A stretch of 64,000 nt of DNA from Podospora anserina (Eukaryota). The position numbers and the translations under genes were made by a program. Location: positions 1,860,001-1,924,000 of the forward strand of contig CM030336.1 of assembly GCA_017654855.1 (NCBI GenBank), read 5' to 3'. The notes below the pieces were generated by a model. The model saw nothing but the letters and a program-made list of their open reading frames with translations. It did not search any database and had not been told where the DNA came from. Positions 12,801 through 24,634 of the stretch are shown here, in pieces (positions within the stretch are counted from its first letter, which is position 1; every line of letters starts with the position of its first letter).

Positions 12801-15800
12801 TTTTATTACAATATTATTTAAGTATAGCCGATATACCTATAAAATAAAATTTTAAAAAACTTTAATTACGGTTCTTTAAAATTAAATTATTAAATTAGTA
12901 GCTCTTTAAAGTAAAGTATATATCCTAAATAGGCCGATAAATATCGCGAAAGTAATAAAGTCTCGGCTCGTTAAGGCTAATTTAATTTAATTATATCCGG
13001 AAAAGAAATTAAGTAAGGAAGTAATAAAGTATTTTATAAAATCCTCGCTAAACTCTTTAGTATTTAGTAAAATAAAGGTATTTCGTTATATAATTTTATT
13101 ATATTTTTAAATATTATTAATTAAATGGAGGCTATTATCCTTTTTTTTTATTAAAAACTAATTATTATAGTAGGGACTATACGTTTTTTTAATAATATTT
13201 TTTTTAATTCGTTTTTTAAAAAGATCGATAACTTTCTTTACGAGTAGTTTTAGGATCGGAATAAACTTATTTTACTATACTTTATAAAGGATAGTTTTAA
13301 TATATTAAGTAAGGAAGATTTTTTTAAGGATCTATTTATATTCGGTAAAGTTCTATATTAATATAACTTCCTTTATAAATAAAATTATTATAAATATTTT
13401 AACCTTCTAATTTATTAAAATATTAATAATTTATTTAATTAAATCGGTTAAGTATTTTAAAATAAAGTATAATTCTTTAATTATTTTAAAAAACTTAAAG
13501 ATTATAATATTATTAAATTTTAAATTATATTATAAAAATTCTTTAATTACTACCTATTTCTTTACTTTTTAATTTGGATTTCCTTTAAAAGTATTATTAT
13601 TTAACCTAGTATTATTAACCGGCTTTACCTTTTTATTTACCTTTTTATATATTATAATAATAATAATAATATTTATAGGCGTTAATTAAGTTTATTTAAA
13701 AGTAATAATTAAATTAATTTTTATATTAATTTTTTTTTTAAAAGGGGGCGGAAGTAAATAACGTTTATATAGTTATATAGTAAAGAGGCTACGTTAACCT
13801 AATTAAGTAAGGGACTAATTAAATATCTTTAAATATAAAAATATTATATTAGACTTAAATAGGATTATTCTATTAGTCCTTTAATTAAATAATAATAATA
13901 TTTTTAATAATAATAATAACGATATTAAATATAAACCTATTATAAAGGTTAATAGTAACGATCGTTTTTTTTTTAAAATTTCGTTCGAAATTAAAGTTTT
14001 TATTATAATTTCTACTCTTTTAAATTAAAATAAAATCTTTTTTTTTAATAATCCTTTATACTTCCCTTTTTTCCTTCCCTTTAATTATTAATATTTTTTC
14101 TTCTTTTATTTTTAATATCCTCCTTTTTTTTATTTTTATAAAAAATAATATTAAATATTAAATAATAATTTAATAATAATAAATTTAATTTCCTTAAAAT
14201 AAAATTAAATAAAGAATATTTAATTTCTTTATTTAGTCCTTTAATTACTTTATTCCTTTCCTTTAGTTCCTCCGTTACTTACTTAAGGATAGGTATTTCT
14301 TTATTAATTAATCCCTTAAATACTTATAAAAATTAATTAATAGGAAAGGTATTACTTCGATCTTTATTATTATATTTCGCTTTTATTTTATTAATTATTT
14401 TCTTTTTTATTATATAAACCTTAATTAACTTTTTTTTATATAATATATTTATATTAATTATATAACTTTTTATAAAATTAAAAGTAAGGTTTATATCCGT
14501 AAAGAACGAAATACTTAATAGTAAGTTATAGAAACCTAAAGCCTTAATATTATTAATAACGAAAAAATAATATAAAATTAAAATCCTAATTAATATTATT
14601 AAAGTTTAAATTTTATTTATAAACGTAATTAAATTTCTATAAAGGCTTTTAAACTATAAATTTATTAATATTATTAATAAATAAAACTTTTTAATTATAG
14701 CTTTATTAATTAAATTATATTCCGAGCTTATATTTAATATTATTAATACTTTTTTTAAAATTAATAAAATAAAATTATAATATAATAATAAAATATTATA
14801 GATTCGAATAATAGCTTTTAAGAAAATTCGTTTATTATTAAAAAGCTGGTTAATAAATATAAATAGTAAAATCCGTAATTACTTTTTTAAATTATTATTT
14901 AATTAAACTTTACTTTTAATAATTTTTTTTTAAATACTTTTCTCGATTATACTATACTTACTATCCGCCGTAATTCTATATAAAATAGGGATAGTTTTTT
15001 TCTAATTAAACGGAGGAATTTTATTATATTTAACTATTTAAAAATTCGTCCGAATTATTAACGGTAAAGCCTTTCCCTTCTATAAAACTTCTCTTTTTTT
15101 ATCCGGAGTACTTTTAAAAGATTTACGTTATTCGATTACTTTAATATCCTCGGCTATACTCTTTACGTAATTTATTAACCGGTAAATAAATATAAGTAAA
15201 ACCCTATAATACTTTTTTAATATAAATTTAATTTAATTATAAATATATTTTTTAATTTTTTTAATAATATAATCCTTAAAATCCTTTACTTTACTATTAA
15301 ATAACTTTAAATTACTCCGGACTTTATTTTTTTAATCGAACGAAATTCTTTTTTTAATTACTTTTAGCTTTTTTTACGCGGGGGTAAATATTATTTTCGG
15401 ATTTTCGGTTAAAATTAAGTTATTTATATTTTCTTTCGGTAAATCCTTAATTTTTATTTTTTTTACTCTTTACGCGCTTACCCTTACTTTTACTTTTTAA
15501 TTATAAACGATTATTAAAGTATTATCGGAATACTTTAAAATACTTTTAAATAACTATTTTTTTATTAAGTAACGTTATAAAATATTTTTAATAATATAAT
15601 TATTAATTAAATTTTTATTAAACGGTATATAAAGTTTAAAGTATTTATAAAATTTATTTAATTTAATATTTATAATTTTAATTATTTAAATAATTATTTA
15701 TTCCCTCCCTTTAATTAAAAAGATTTTAGGCTTATATTCCTTACCTTTATAAGTTTTTTAATACTTAACCTATTTCGTATAAGCTTTATAGGCCTTATTT

Positions 15801-17995
15801 AATTTTAATTTTAATAAAATTATAGTATAAACTAAATTACTAACCTTCCCTTTATATTATATTTTCCTTATATCTTTTTAATTAAACTATATTTTTTTAT
15901 TTTCCAGCTACTTTTTTTTATTAATATATATTTTACTTCCTTTAATATAGTATAGTCTTTACGCTTTATTATATTTCTTCTTCGGATATTCCGTTAATTT
16001 AATATAATAATTAGTTTTACCGTACTAAAAGTATTTTTTTAATAGGGAAGGACTATCGCGGTATTACCCCCCTGATTTTCCGAATTAAGTTTTAATATTA
16101 ATAATAAAGAAAGTATTAAAAAACGAATTTATTTCTTTATTAAAATTAATATTAAAATTTAAGGAATAAAGTACCTAGTTTTTTAAATATTAAATATAGA
16201 TCTTTATTATTCTAAATTTATTATTTCCCGATATAAAAAAACTATTATAAATATTTACCCTTAAATATTATAGTATTATTTTTTTATTTACTATAGCGTT
16301 AACCGCTATATATTAATTAAGTACCTCGGCCGTTTAATTAAAAATAATAGAGAAAGGTATAATAATTAATTTATTTTCTTTATAAATTTTTTTTCCTATA
16401 TTATATTTATTTTCGATTATATTATTAATTTAATTATTTTAAATAATAAAATTTATAAATCTTAAACGACGTTCGGATCCTTCTCGGTTAATAAAAATTA
16501 TTTTTATTAATTTAAAAAATTTTATTTAAAAGTAATTAATAACCTTAGCTCTTACTACTTTTTTTTCCCCGATCGATACTCGAAAAAATAGTTTAAAATA
16601 ATTAAAAATAATTTTCTTTAATTCGTTTATACCTTTAAAAATAATTTTAATATAAAAGTTATTTAATTTTTTATAAATATTTTTATTTTATCGGGGGTTA
16701 TAGATTTTAAAAAAATATTTAAAGCGGATAACTAAAATAAATTAAATATCGGTAGATATAAGTAAGTTTATATATTTATTAATTTATTTTTCTATATCGA
16801 AATTATATTAAAATTTAAATTTATAAATATAAAAAGTAAATTCTATAATATAATATTCTTTATAAGTATTTTCGAAACGCTTTAAATATTTTATAAAATA
16901 CTTTCCTTTAAAATTACTTTTAAAACCGACTTTTTTTAAATTAAGGAATTTACGTTAAAGAAAATATATAGGTACTATAAAATAAAAAGTTAAATAATCT
17001 AACGTAGGGGACCCTTAAAAATAACGATAGTCGGGGTAAGCTCCTATAGGATATAGGTATCCGGGTTATTAAAATTAATATACGAATTTAAGAAAAAGAG
17101 CGGGATATCCGGTATATTAAATAAAAAATATAATATAATTCTAAATAATAGGATTTAAGTAAATATAAAGTTTATTTAATACGTTAAAAACATTAAGCTT
17201 TATAGTCGGGCTACCTTAATTAAAAAGGGAGCGAAGGGTTTTAATATTTTTAAAATAAATACGGTTCGTAACCGGGGAAAGGATAAATAGTAATAATTCC
17301 GGGGACCTAGCCGCCGGAATAATTATTTTTATTACGGAACGAACTATAAAAGTTTAAAACCCTTAGTTATCGCCGGGAAGGTTAATTAAAGTAATAAATA
17401 AAATATTATTAAATATATCGATACTTAATAATTACTATTATATTTATATTAATAATATAATTTTTTCTTTATATATATTATTAAAAATATAAAAACGGTT
17501 ATCCTTTATAACTTTAATATATAAGTATAAATTATATATATTTAAATTAAAAAAAAATATTTTCGTTTTTTTATTTTTAAATTCCTGATATCCTAAATTA
17601 AACTAACCCGGAAATCTTTATAATTATTTATTATTATTAAATAATATATTAAAAGAATTCCTTTTAACTAAAAATAAGAAAGGACTTTAATAATTAATGT
17701 AAAAATAAAGTTTATTAATAAACTAGTTTTAATTAATACTTTTAATTTACTTCTCGGTTCTATCCGGACTATATATTTAACTCTCTACTTACAAATAAAA
17801 AGTTTAAAATTTAATCGATAATAAAAAAACTTTATCCGATTAAACGGAAAAAAATCGTTTCCGTTAAACTTCGCGGGGTTTAATAAAGTTATCGGTACTT
17901 ATTATCGTTCGTAGCTTCGCACTTCCTTTAGTACCTAGGGCTTATAAATCTAGTTTAGACCCTAAACTTTACTTAACCCGGGCACGACCTTTATT

Positions 17996-18361
17996 TAAAA
18001 TAGTAAGAAAACATATAAAACAACCACAACACTACAAATATACCCTTAATAGGTCTCAGAATGAACACACCTGCGTAACAGTAACTCGCTCGCAGGCCGC
18101 ACTTCACGTAGGGCAAAGAAAAGACACTATGGGCTCGCAGGCCACATAATAAGTACCGGATTGGCCTGATCAGAGGGCCAGAATTGCCTGCACGCGTGCA
18201 AGGCACAAAATACGAAGAAAAGAATAAAAGTCGATATCCTGTCTAAAATAGAATGTCCGAAGTAGACCGCTTATATACATGACCCCTGAACCCCTGAGTC
18301 CTCTGAGAGCCCCGCTTCCTTACTTATACTCTTAGGCCTGTGGCCGCACCCCAAACCAACA
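17996..18361 (-). repeat. 5' LTR of the family-B element
   Basis: 366 bp, begins TGTTGGTTTGG on the minus strand; differs from the other LTR mainly by C/T and G/A transitions. Confidence 0.9.
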
Positions 18362-19559
18362 GGGCTACTGTGGCCTAAGGCTTAGTCAATAGAAACTAGA
18401 ACCTTCCAAAGTGGCTACAAGCTTACGCAGTAAGTTGCCACAATAGTGTGATTTACAGGGCATCTTTGCTACCAAAGGTTCTATGGATTTCCGTGAGTCT
18501 ACACTAGACCCACCTAAGCCCACCAAATACCCCAAAGTAGTATAGGGGCTTCCAGGGCCTACAGGACCCACAGTAGGCCTACGAAGGCCTATATATAGAC
18601 CTCTCTTCTCTCCTGTAAAATAGTTCCTTTCTTTTTTTCCTCAAGGGCACAAGTTTAAAGCTAAGGCCAAAGGCCAAGGCCAAAGGCAATAAAGGCAATT
18701 CTTATTCCTTATACCTCACTGTATTACAGTGCTTTACCTTCCTTCGGCACTGCCGTCGTATCCTTCCGCTTCCGCTTGCGCACTGCTGTATTTTACAGCA
18801 ACCTTGTATAGGTTCTATATTATAGGCCTATCAGGGCTTACCAGCTAACAGTTAATAATAGTACTAATTATAGTAACTTAAATTTTAATCTTCAGTAAGC
18901 ATAATTACTTTAAAGTATTAGCGGCAGTTATAATAGTGAAAGGTTTAGCTTTAATATTATTAATATAAATAGGCTAAAAAAAGATATTTCAAAGATAAAA
19001 AGTATAGGTTTTAATAGTAGTAAGTATTGATTTATAATCATTTTAATTAAACTTTAGTTTACTAAAAAAGACATAGTATTTTTGTTAATATCTAGCGCCT
19101 ATAAATTTTGCTGTAGCTGAGTATACCGGCGGATACTGTAATAAGTGGGGAGGCCGTGAAAATACATGCAGGACACGGTGAAAATACAGGACTCGCTGGC
19201 GTCGATGAACAAAATACCCATTTCCGTGTTGATAGGTCCGCTGCATATAACATATAACTTACAGCTATCCTTCCTAGTGGAAATGTCAGGAATCTCTAGA
19301 GTAGCACGCACCCATGATCATCATACCGATTCACACGCATGTCCCGTATCCTCATGAACATGACATTACACCAGCCTCCCATTTTCAGAGCCCTCACTCC
19401 CCGCTACCCATGATACAAAATAAAAGGATTCTAGGACAACATCATCGGATGCAAAAGCCTCCCGCTTCATCTTCTTTTGCCTGCCTTGAAAAACACACAT
19501 CACAAAACATGTAAACTATCGCTGAAGAAAAACAAAAAAGGACTACTTTATGCCATCTA

Positions 19560-21928
19560 CTAGTTGACAATCTCCTCCGTCTCCTCCAGCACCTCCTCCA
19601 TGATCTCCTCAATGACCTGCTCCTCACCGTTGGGCGCAACCTCGGCCGTCTTGGCCTTGAGGAGCTCCTCCACAGGGTCGGCGGGGAGGCCGAGCTCGGC
19701 ACGCTCCTCGGCAACCTCCTCCTCCACCACCTCGCGCCAGTTGTACCAGTCCTCGAGCAGACGGCGTCTCTCCTGGACGACAGCCACGTCGGCGCTGCTG
19801 ATACGCTCGGCATCCTCTTGCTCAAAGATTCTCGAGTACTCGCGGAGGTTCTTGCGGATCTGCTTCTGCTCCTCCTTGCTGAGGAGAGTGGCCGGGCGGG
19901 GACGCCACGCCCATTGCTTGAACTTCTCAATGGGCTCTTCACGGAGCTGCTCACCCCTGAAGTCGTAGATGTGGTATCCGTTCTCCATCTATGGTCAAAC
20001 ATCGTCAGCAAAGTGCACATTTTGGGAATTAGTGGAAAACAACATACGGCGTGCTTCCAGGCAGAGGCCCAGGTGGCAACGTAACGTCCAGAGGGGTCCC
20101 ACTCCACGTCGGTGACGCCATAGTGGTCAGCAGTGTTCATGAGCTGCAAGTTGGCAGTCAGGTCCTTGTCCGACTCTGGTTTCTCGCCCTCAAAGTCGAG
20201 ATCGTAGAAGTCGAGATCCGAGCTCTGCGTGTTGTGGACGGTGGCCACAACGACGAATCTGCCCTTTGGCGACCAGTAGATGGCGTTGCTGTTCTTCTTC
20301 TCGAGCGTCCGGAGGTGCTTGAAGTTACCAACAGCGTTCCCTTTGGCCTTTTCGGGGCAGAAGAAGGCAACAGACGTCTTGGGGGGAACAGCGGTGGCGC
20401 CAACGGGCTCAGTCGTCGTGATGGTGACGAATCTGTCACCCTTGGGCTCCCACGCAAAGTTGATGACTGTGTCCTTGATGGTGTCGACAACCTCGACGGG
20501 GACACCCTTCTCCTTGATGCGGAAAATCTCCAGAGTGGTGGCCTGGGACTTCTTGGACTTGGAATGCCTGTCAACCTTAACGCAGAGGTAGGCACCCTCT
20601 GACTGCCAGTGAAGTTTGGCATCGGAAACACTGAAGAGGTTGAGCGATCTGACGACCTGCTTGGAGGGAATGCTCATGAGACCGACTCTGGCGGGGTTGC
20701 TGCCAATCTCGGGGGTCCAGAAGCAGAAAAGCTGCTCATACTCCTTCACACCTTCTCTCTTCACGGTCGCGGGCGCCCAGTCAAAGTCCACCACGCCGTC
20801 AAGCTTCACGGTGGTCTTGTCGAGGAGGTTCATCCTGGGAAGCTCGTACACAGAGATGGATGTTCCCTGGTTCAGTCTGGCGACGTACTTGTCATCGGCA
20901 GACCACTTGAACGCCGGCCAGGGGAACTTGGCGGGCTTCTTGGCCTCACCATCGGGTCCGGCGGGTGTGTCCTGTTGGGCAAAAGAACGGATGGGCTTGC
21001 CGGTCTCGATGTCCCAGATCACATAGTTCTTTCCATCATCGTCGATAGACAGCTGGGGGTGGCCCTCATCAGGAATGGAAATAGGCCTGTTGGACCACGT
21101 AACCAGGTAGTTTTCGTTGGGCGAGAAGGCAACGAGGTTAACGAAGGGATGGGCAAAACGCCTGATTCTCGTCCAGGAGGCACCACCCCAGAGCTGAACA
21201 CCCTGCTGGTGAACTGAGGTGAGATATGTGCCCAGGGGCGACCATTGCACAAAGGTCTCGGTCCAGTGTGGGCGGTCGACAATGTTCTCGGGCTGGTCCT
21301 TTTCGTTGTTCCAAAACACACCGACCGTGTCTCCCCTGTACATGACGAACTGATCTCTGCCGCGGCCCGAGGGGTCGGCCATGAAGGAGCGGAGGTGCTC
21401 CTTTTCTTGGAAAGGCTCGATGGTGGGGGGAGTGTACTCCTCATCGATGCGACCCTCACGGCCATAGCGGTCGATGTCGGTCAGCTTGTTGACGCGCAGA
21501 GTGTGCTTCTTGTCGAGAGGGGAGTAGTCGAGCTGGCGCACGGCTGCGGCGGCCTCGGCGGGCGATGAGTACTCGACAAAGGCAAAGCTGCAGTTTTATT
21601 AGAGGGGGACACATCATCCAAAAAAACAAAACAAAAAATGTGGACCGCCCACGTACCGCAACGACTTGCCATGGTCACCAAAGGGCATGAAGATGGCATC
21701 CTCGCTGGTCTTGCCGACCGTGTTGAGCTTCTTCAACAAGAACTTGACGAGCTTGGGCTTCTGCTCCTCGGTGACCTCGGGAAGGCCGTCGATGACGACA
21801 AAGGTGTCGTAGCCCTGCTCGAGCTGGACCTCATATTTCTCCTTGAGATCCGACACATCAACCTCGTCGTAGTCGAAATCCTCCTCGTCGAGGTTCTCGT
21901 CGCGCAGAGTCTCATAGGACGGCGCCAT
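19560..21928 (-). CDS. PRT1: Translation initiation factor eIF3 subunit b, 3 exons (introns ~21588-21656 and 19989-20047)
   Basis: RRM ([10 protein letters not shown]...KLVKFL), beta-propeller ([25 protein letters not shown]) and C-terminal [10 protein letters not shown]; canonical introns. Confidence 0.96.
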
Positions 21929-22690
21929 GCTGGGCAGACTCTTTCTCGGTTGGCTGGGTCTACTGCGAAAACGGGCTGGGGTGTCTCTTTGGCTGCTGGA
22001 TTGCGCTGTCGCTGGACGTGGTCTGCTTCGATGTCGGTCGGGATAATTGAGATTTTGTGCGCTGCGCAGACTGTGGTGGGGTTCGAGAACGGTTTTTTTT
22101 GGTAGAGTTGCCAAAAGAGCCCCACAAATTTGGTTCTGCTGGGAGCTGCCTGGGACTTGGATTACTTCTACTACAGGACAGACAGAAGAGAGTCGACGGC
22201 TTCAATAAGGCATCAATGTCAATGCCAATGTCAATATTAGCCCAGTTGTAATTGTGCAGATAAGGTATCTCAGCGGCTTTATCCTTTGTCTGTCTCCCTC
22301 CTCGCCTTGTTCTGTGAGCTTGGGCAAAGATTCGCAGCGTGTAAAAAAAACTTCCCTTCCCGGCAGCGACCCAAAGCTGCTTGGCGAGGGGCTGCCGCAA
22401 GGTGACAGGCAAGTGGCGGACAGCTGTGTCAGCGGGCGGTGAGGGGAGCTCTCAACTTTTTCTGCCGGTCGCGACCGCAAAAAGATGGCCCGGCCAGGCA
22501 GCTTTGGCCTTGTGTGGTGCAGTGTTGACTGCCAGAGCCCGGTCCCCATAGCTGCCCCTCCTCCCCATGGCGACCCATAATACCTAGTACCAACTACGGA
22601 TATCTCCTGAATCTTGGGCCACCGCAACTTCAAGTCGAGGCCAAACTAGGTACCTTATAGACCAGATATACCCAATCTTGAATCAGTGCC

Positions 22691-24469
22691 ATGGTCTGTC
22701 TACTCTACCTATTCTTGTGTTCTCTCTTTTTCTAAACTAATCATACCCCGCTACAGGCTTCCTTCAGTCCCACCCAAATCTTCGAGGAGGGCACCACACA
22801 GGAGAAGGGTGAGAATGCCCGTCTCAGCGCCTTCGTTGGCGCCATCGCCGTCGGTGATCTGGTGAAGAGCACACTTGGCCCCAAGGGCATGGACAAGATT
22901 CTGCAGTCTGCGTATGTTGCTGGTCCTTGCTGTAGACGTTGTCATCATTTACTAATCTAGGTCATGTTCATCACAGCTCGACCGCCGAGATCATGGTGAC
23001 AAACGACGGTGCCACCATCCTCAAGTCCATCTCCCTCGACAACGCCGCCGCCAAGGTCCTCGTAAACATCTCCAAGGTTCAAGATGACGAAGTCGGTGAC
23101 GGTACCACCTCGGTCACCGTCCTCGCCGCCGAGCTGCTTCGCGAAGCCGAGAAGCTCGTCGACAAGAAGATCCACCCCCAGACCATCATCGAAGGGTACC
23201 GGATAGCCAGCCAGGCCGCCCTCAAGGCCCTCGAGGCCTCTGCGGTCGACCACAGCAACAACCCCCAAGCGTTCAGAGAAGACCTCCTCGCTATCGCGCG
23301 GACGACGCTGAGCTCCAAGGTGCTCGCCCAAGACAGGGATCACTTCTCCAAGCTCGCGGTCGATGCCATCATGAGACTCAAGGGTTCTTCCGACCTCAGC
23401 CACATTCAAATCATCAAGAAGGCCGGCGGCAAGCTCTGCGAGTCATACCTGGACGAGGGTTTCATCCTGGACAAGAAGATTGGCGTCAACCAGCCCAAGC
23501 GCCTCGAAAACGCAAAGATCCTCGTCGCCAACACGTCGATGGACACGGACAAGGTCAAGATCTTCGGCGCGCGCCTCAAGGTCAGCTCGACCGCCAAGCT
23601 GGCCGATTTGGAAAAGGCCGAGAAGGAAAAGATGAAGGCCAAGGTGGAGAAGATCAAGGCGCACGGGATCAACTGCTTCATCAACAGGCAGCTCATCTAC
23701 AACTGGCCCGAGCAGCTTTTTACGGATGCCGGCATCATGTCGATCGAGCACGCCGACTTTGACGGCATTGAGCGGTTAGCTCTCGTGACGGGCGGCGAGA
23801 TCACCTCGACGTTTGACCACCCGGAATCCGTCAAGCTCGGCCACTGCGACTTGATTGAGGAGGTGATTATTGGTGAGGATACCCTGATCAAGTTCTCGGG
23901 CGTGGCTGCTGGACAGGCGTGCACGATTGTGCTCCGCGGTGCGACAGATCAGCTGCTCGACGAGGCCGAGCGCAGTTTGCACGACGCGCTCGCTGTTCTT
24001 TCCCAGACTGTCAAGGAGCCCCGGACGACGCTTGGTGGCGGTTGTGCCGAGATGGTGATGGCCAAGGCTGTGGAGGGGGCTGCTACCCGGGTCGAGGGCA
24101 AGAAGCAGATGGCTGTTTCTTCCTTTGCTGTCGCTCTCAGACAGCTGCCTACTATTCTGGCGGACAATGCCGGTCTTGATTCCGGGGAGCTGGTTGCTCG
24201 CTTGCGCAAGGCTATATATGATGGCTTGACCACGTATGGTCTTGACCTGATGACGCCTGGTGGCGGCATCACGGACATGCGGGAGCTTGGTGTTATTGAG
24301 AGCTACAAGCTGAAAAAGGCGGTGGTTTCTTCGGCTAGTGAGGCGGCCGAGGTGAGTTTTTTTTCTTTTCCGTCCCTTTCGTGGCCAGTGACTGACGTAG
24401 TGTTTGCAGCTCCTGCTCCGTGTGGATGACATAATAAGGGCGGCCCCCAGAAGGCGTGAGAGACATTGA
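22691..24469 (+). CDS. CCT2: Chaperonin CCT/TCP-1 beta subunit, 4 exons (introns 22694-22756, 22912-22976, 24352-24409)
   Basis: [52 protein letters not shown] and C-terminal [15 protein letters not shown]. Confidence 0.96.
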
Positions 24470-24634
24470 AGCGTGATGTGCTGGACGGTAGCATTAGCAT
24501 GAGCGGGCCAGGCCTGTATAATATCACCCTTTTAGACGGCCTGAATGAAAAAAGAATATCGACATCATCTGTCATGTCACCACCGATACCCAAGAAGATA
24601 GCGTCAAACGATGGTGTGTTATTACTATGCAATC

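Larger units (their letters stand above)
6488..18361 (-). mobile_element. About 11.9 kb RIP-inactivated Ty3/Gypsy LTR retrotransposon (family B; RT resembles the long non-chromoviral fungal Gypsy type)
   Basis: Direct repeats at 6488-6853 and 17996-18361 (minus strand TG...CA) and a polypurine tract next to the left LTR. Minus-strand remnants occur in PR-RT-RH-IN order: protease (~14720, ILNISSEYNLI, from the DTG motif), RT (~13180 SPYYNN*FLIKKK; ~12940-12800 SRDFITFAIFIGLFRIYTLL*RATN...YLNNIVIK, from YLDD), RNase H (~12130 FGVYFTVKTD) and integrase (~11110 PYNVKVNRVTE). Confidence 0.88.
3720..19100. mobile_element. AT-rich island of RIP-mutated, nested transposon remnants
   Basis: Abrupt switch to very AT-rich, TpA-rich, CpA/TpG-poor sequence with no intact ORFs, between the desaturase and eIF3b genes. 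Boundaries are approximate. Confidence 0.9.

Noticed and set aside
17971-17995. aaaggtcgtgccc next to the 5' LTR, resembling a Copia-type primer site
   Set aside because: Domain order PR-RT-RH-IN and the RT motifs are Gypsy-type; I could not assign a primer tRNA.
3720-19100. Possible centromere, organellar insertion or Starship/Spok-type element
   Set aside because: The AT-richness is explained by RIP of recognisable LTR elements; no tyrosine recombinase, Spok-like ORF or organellar gene is visible.
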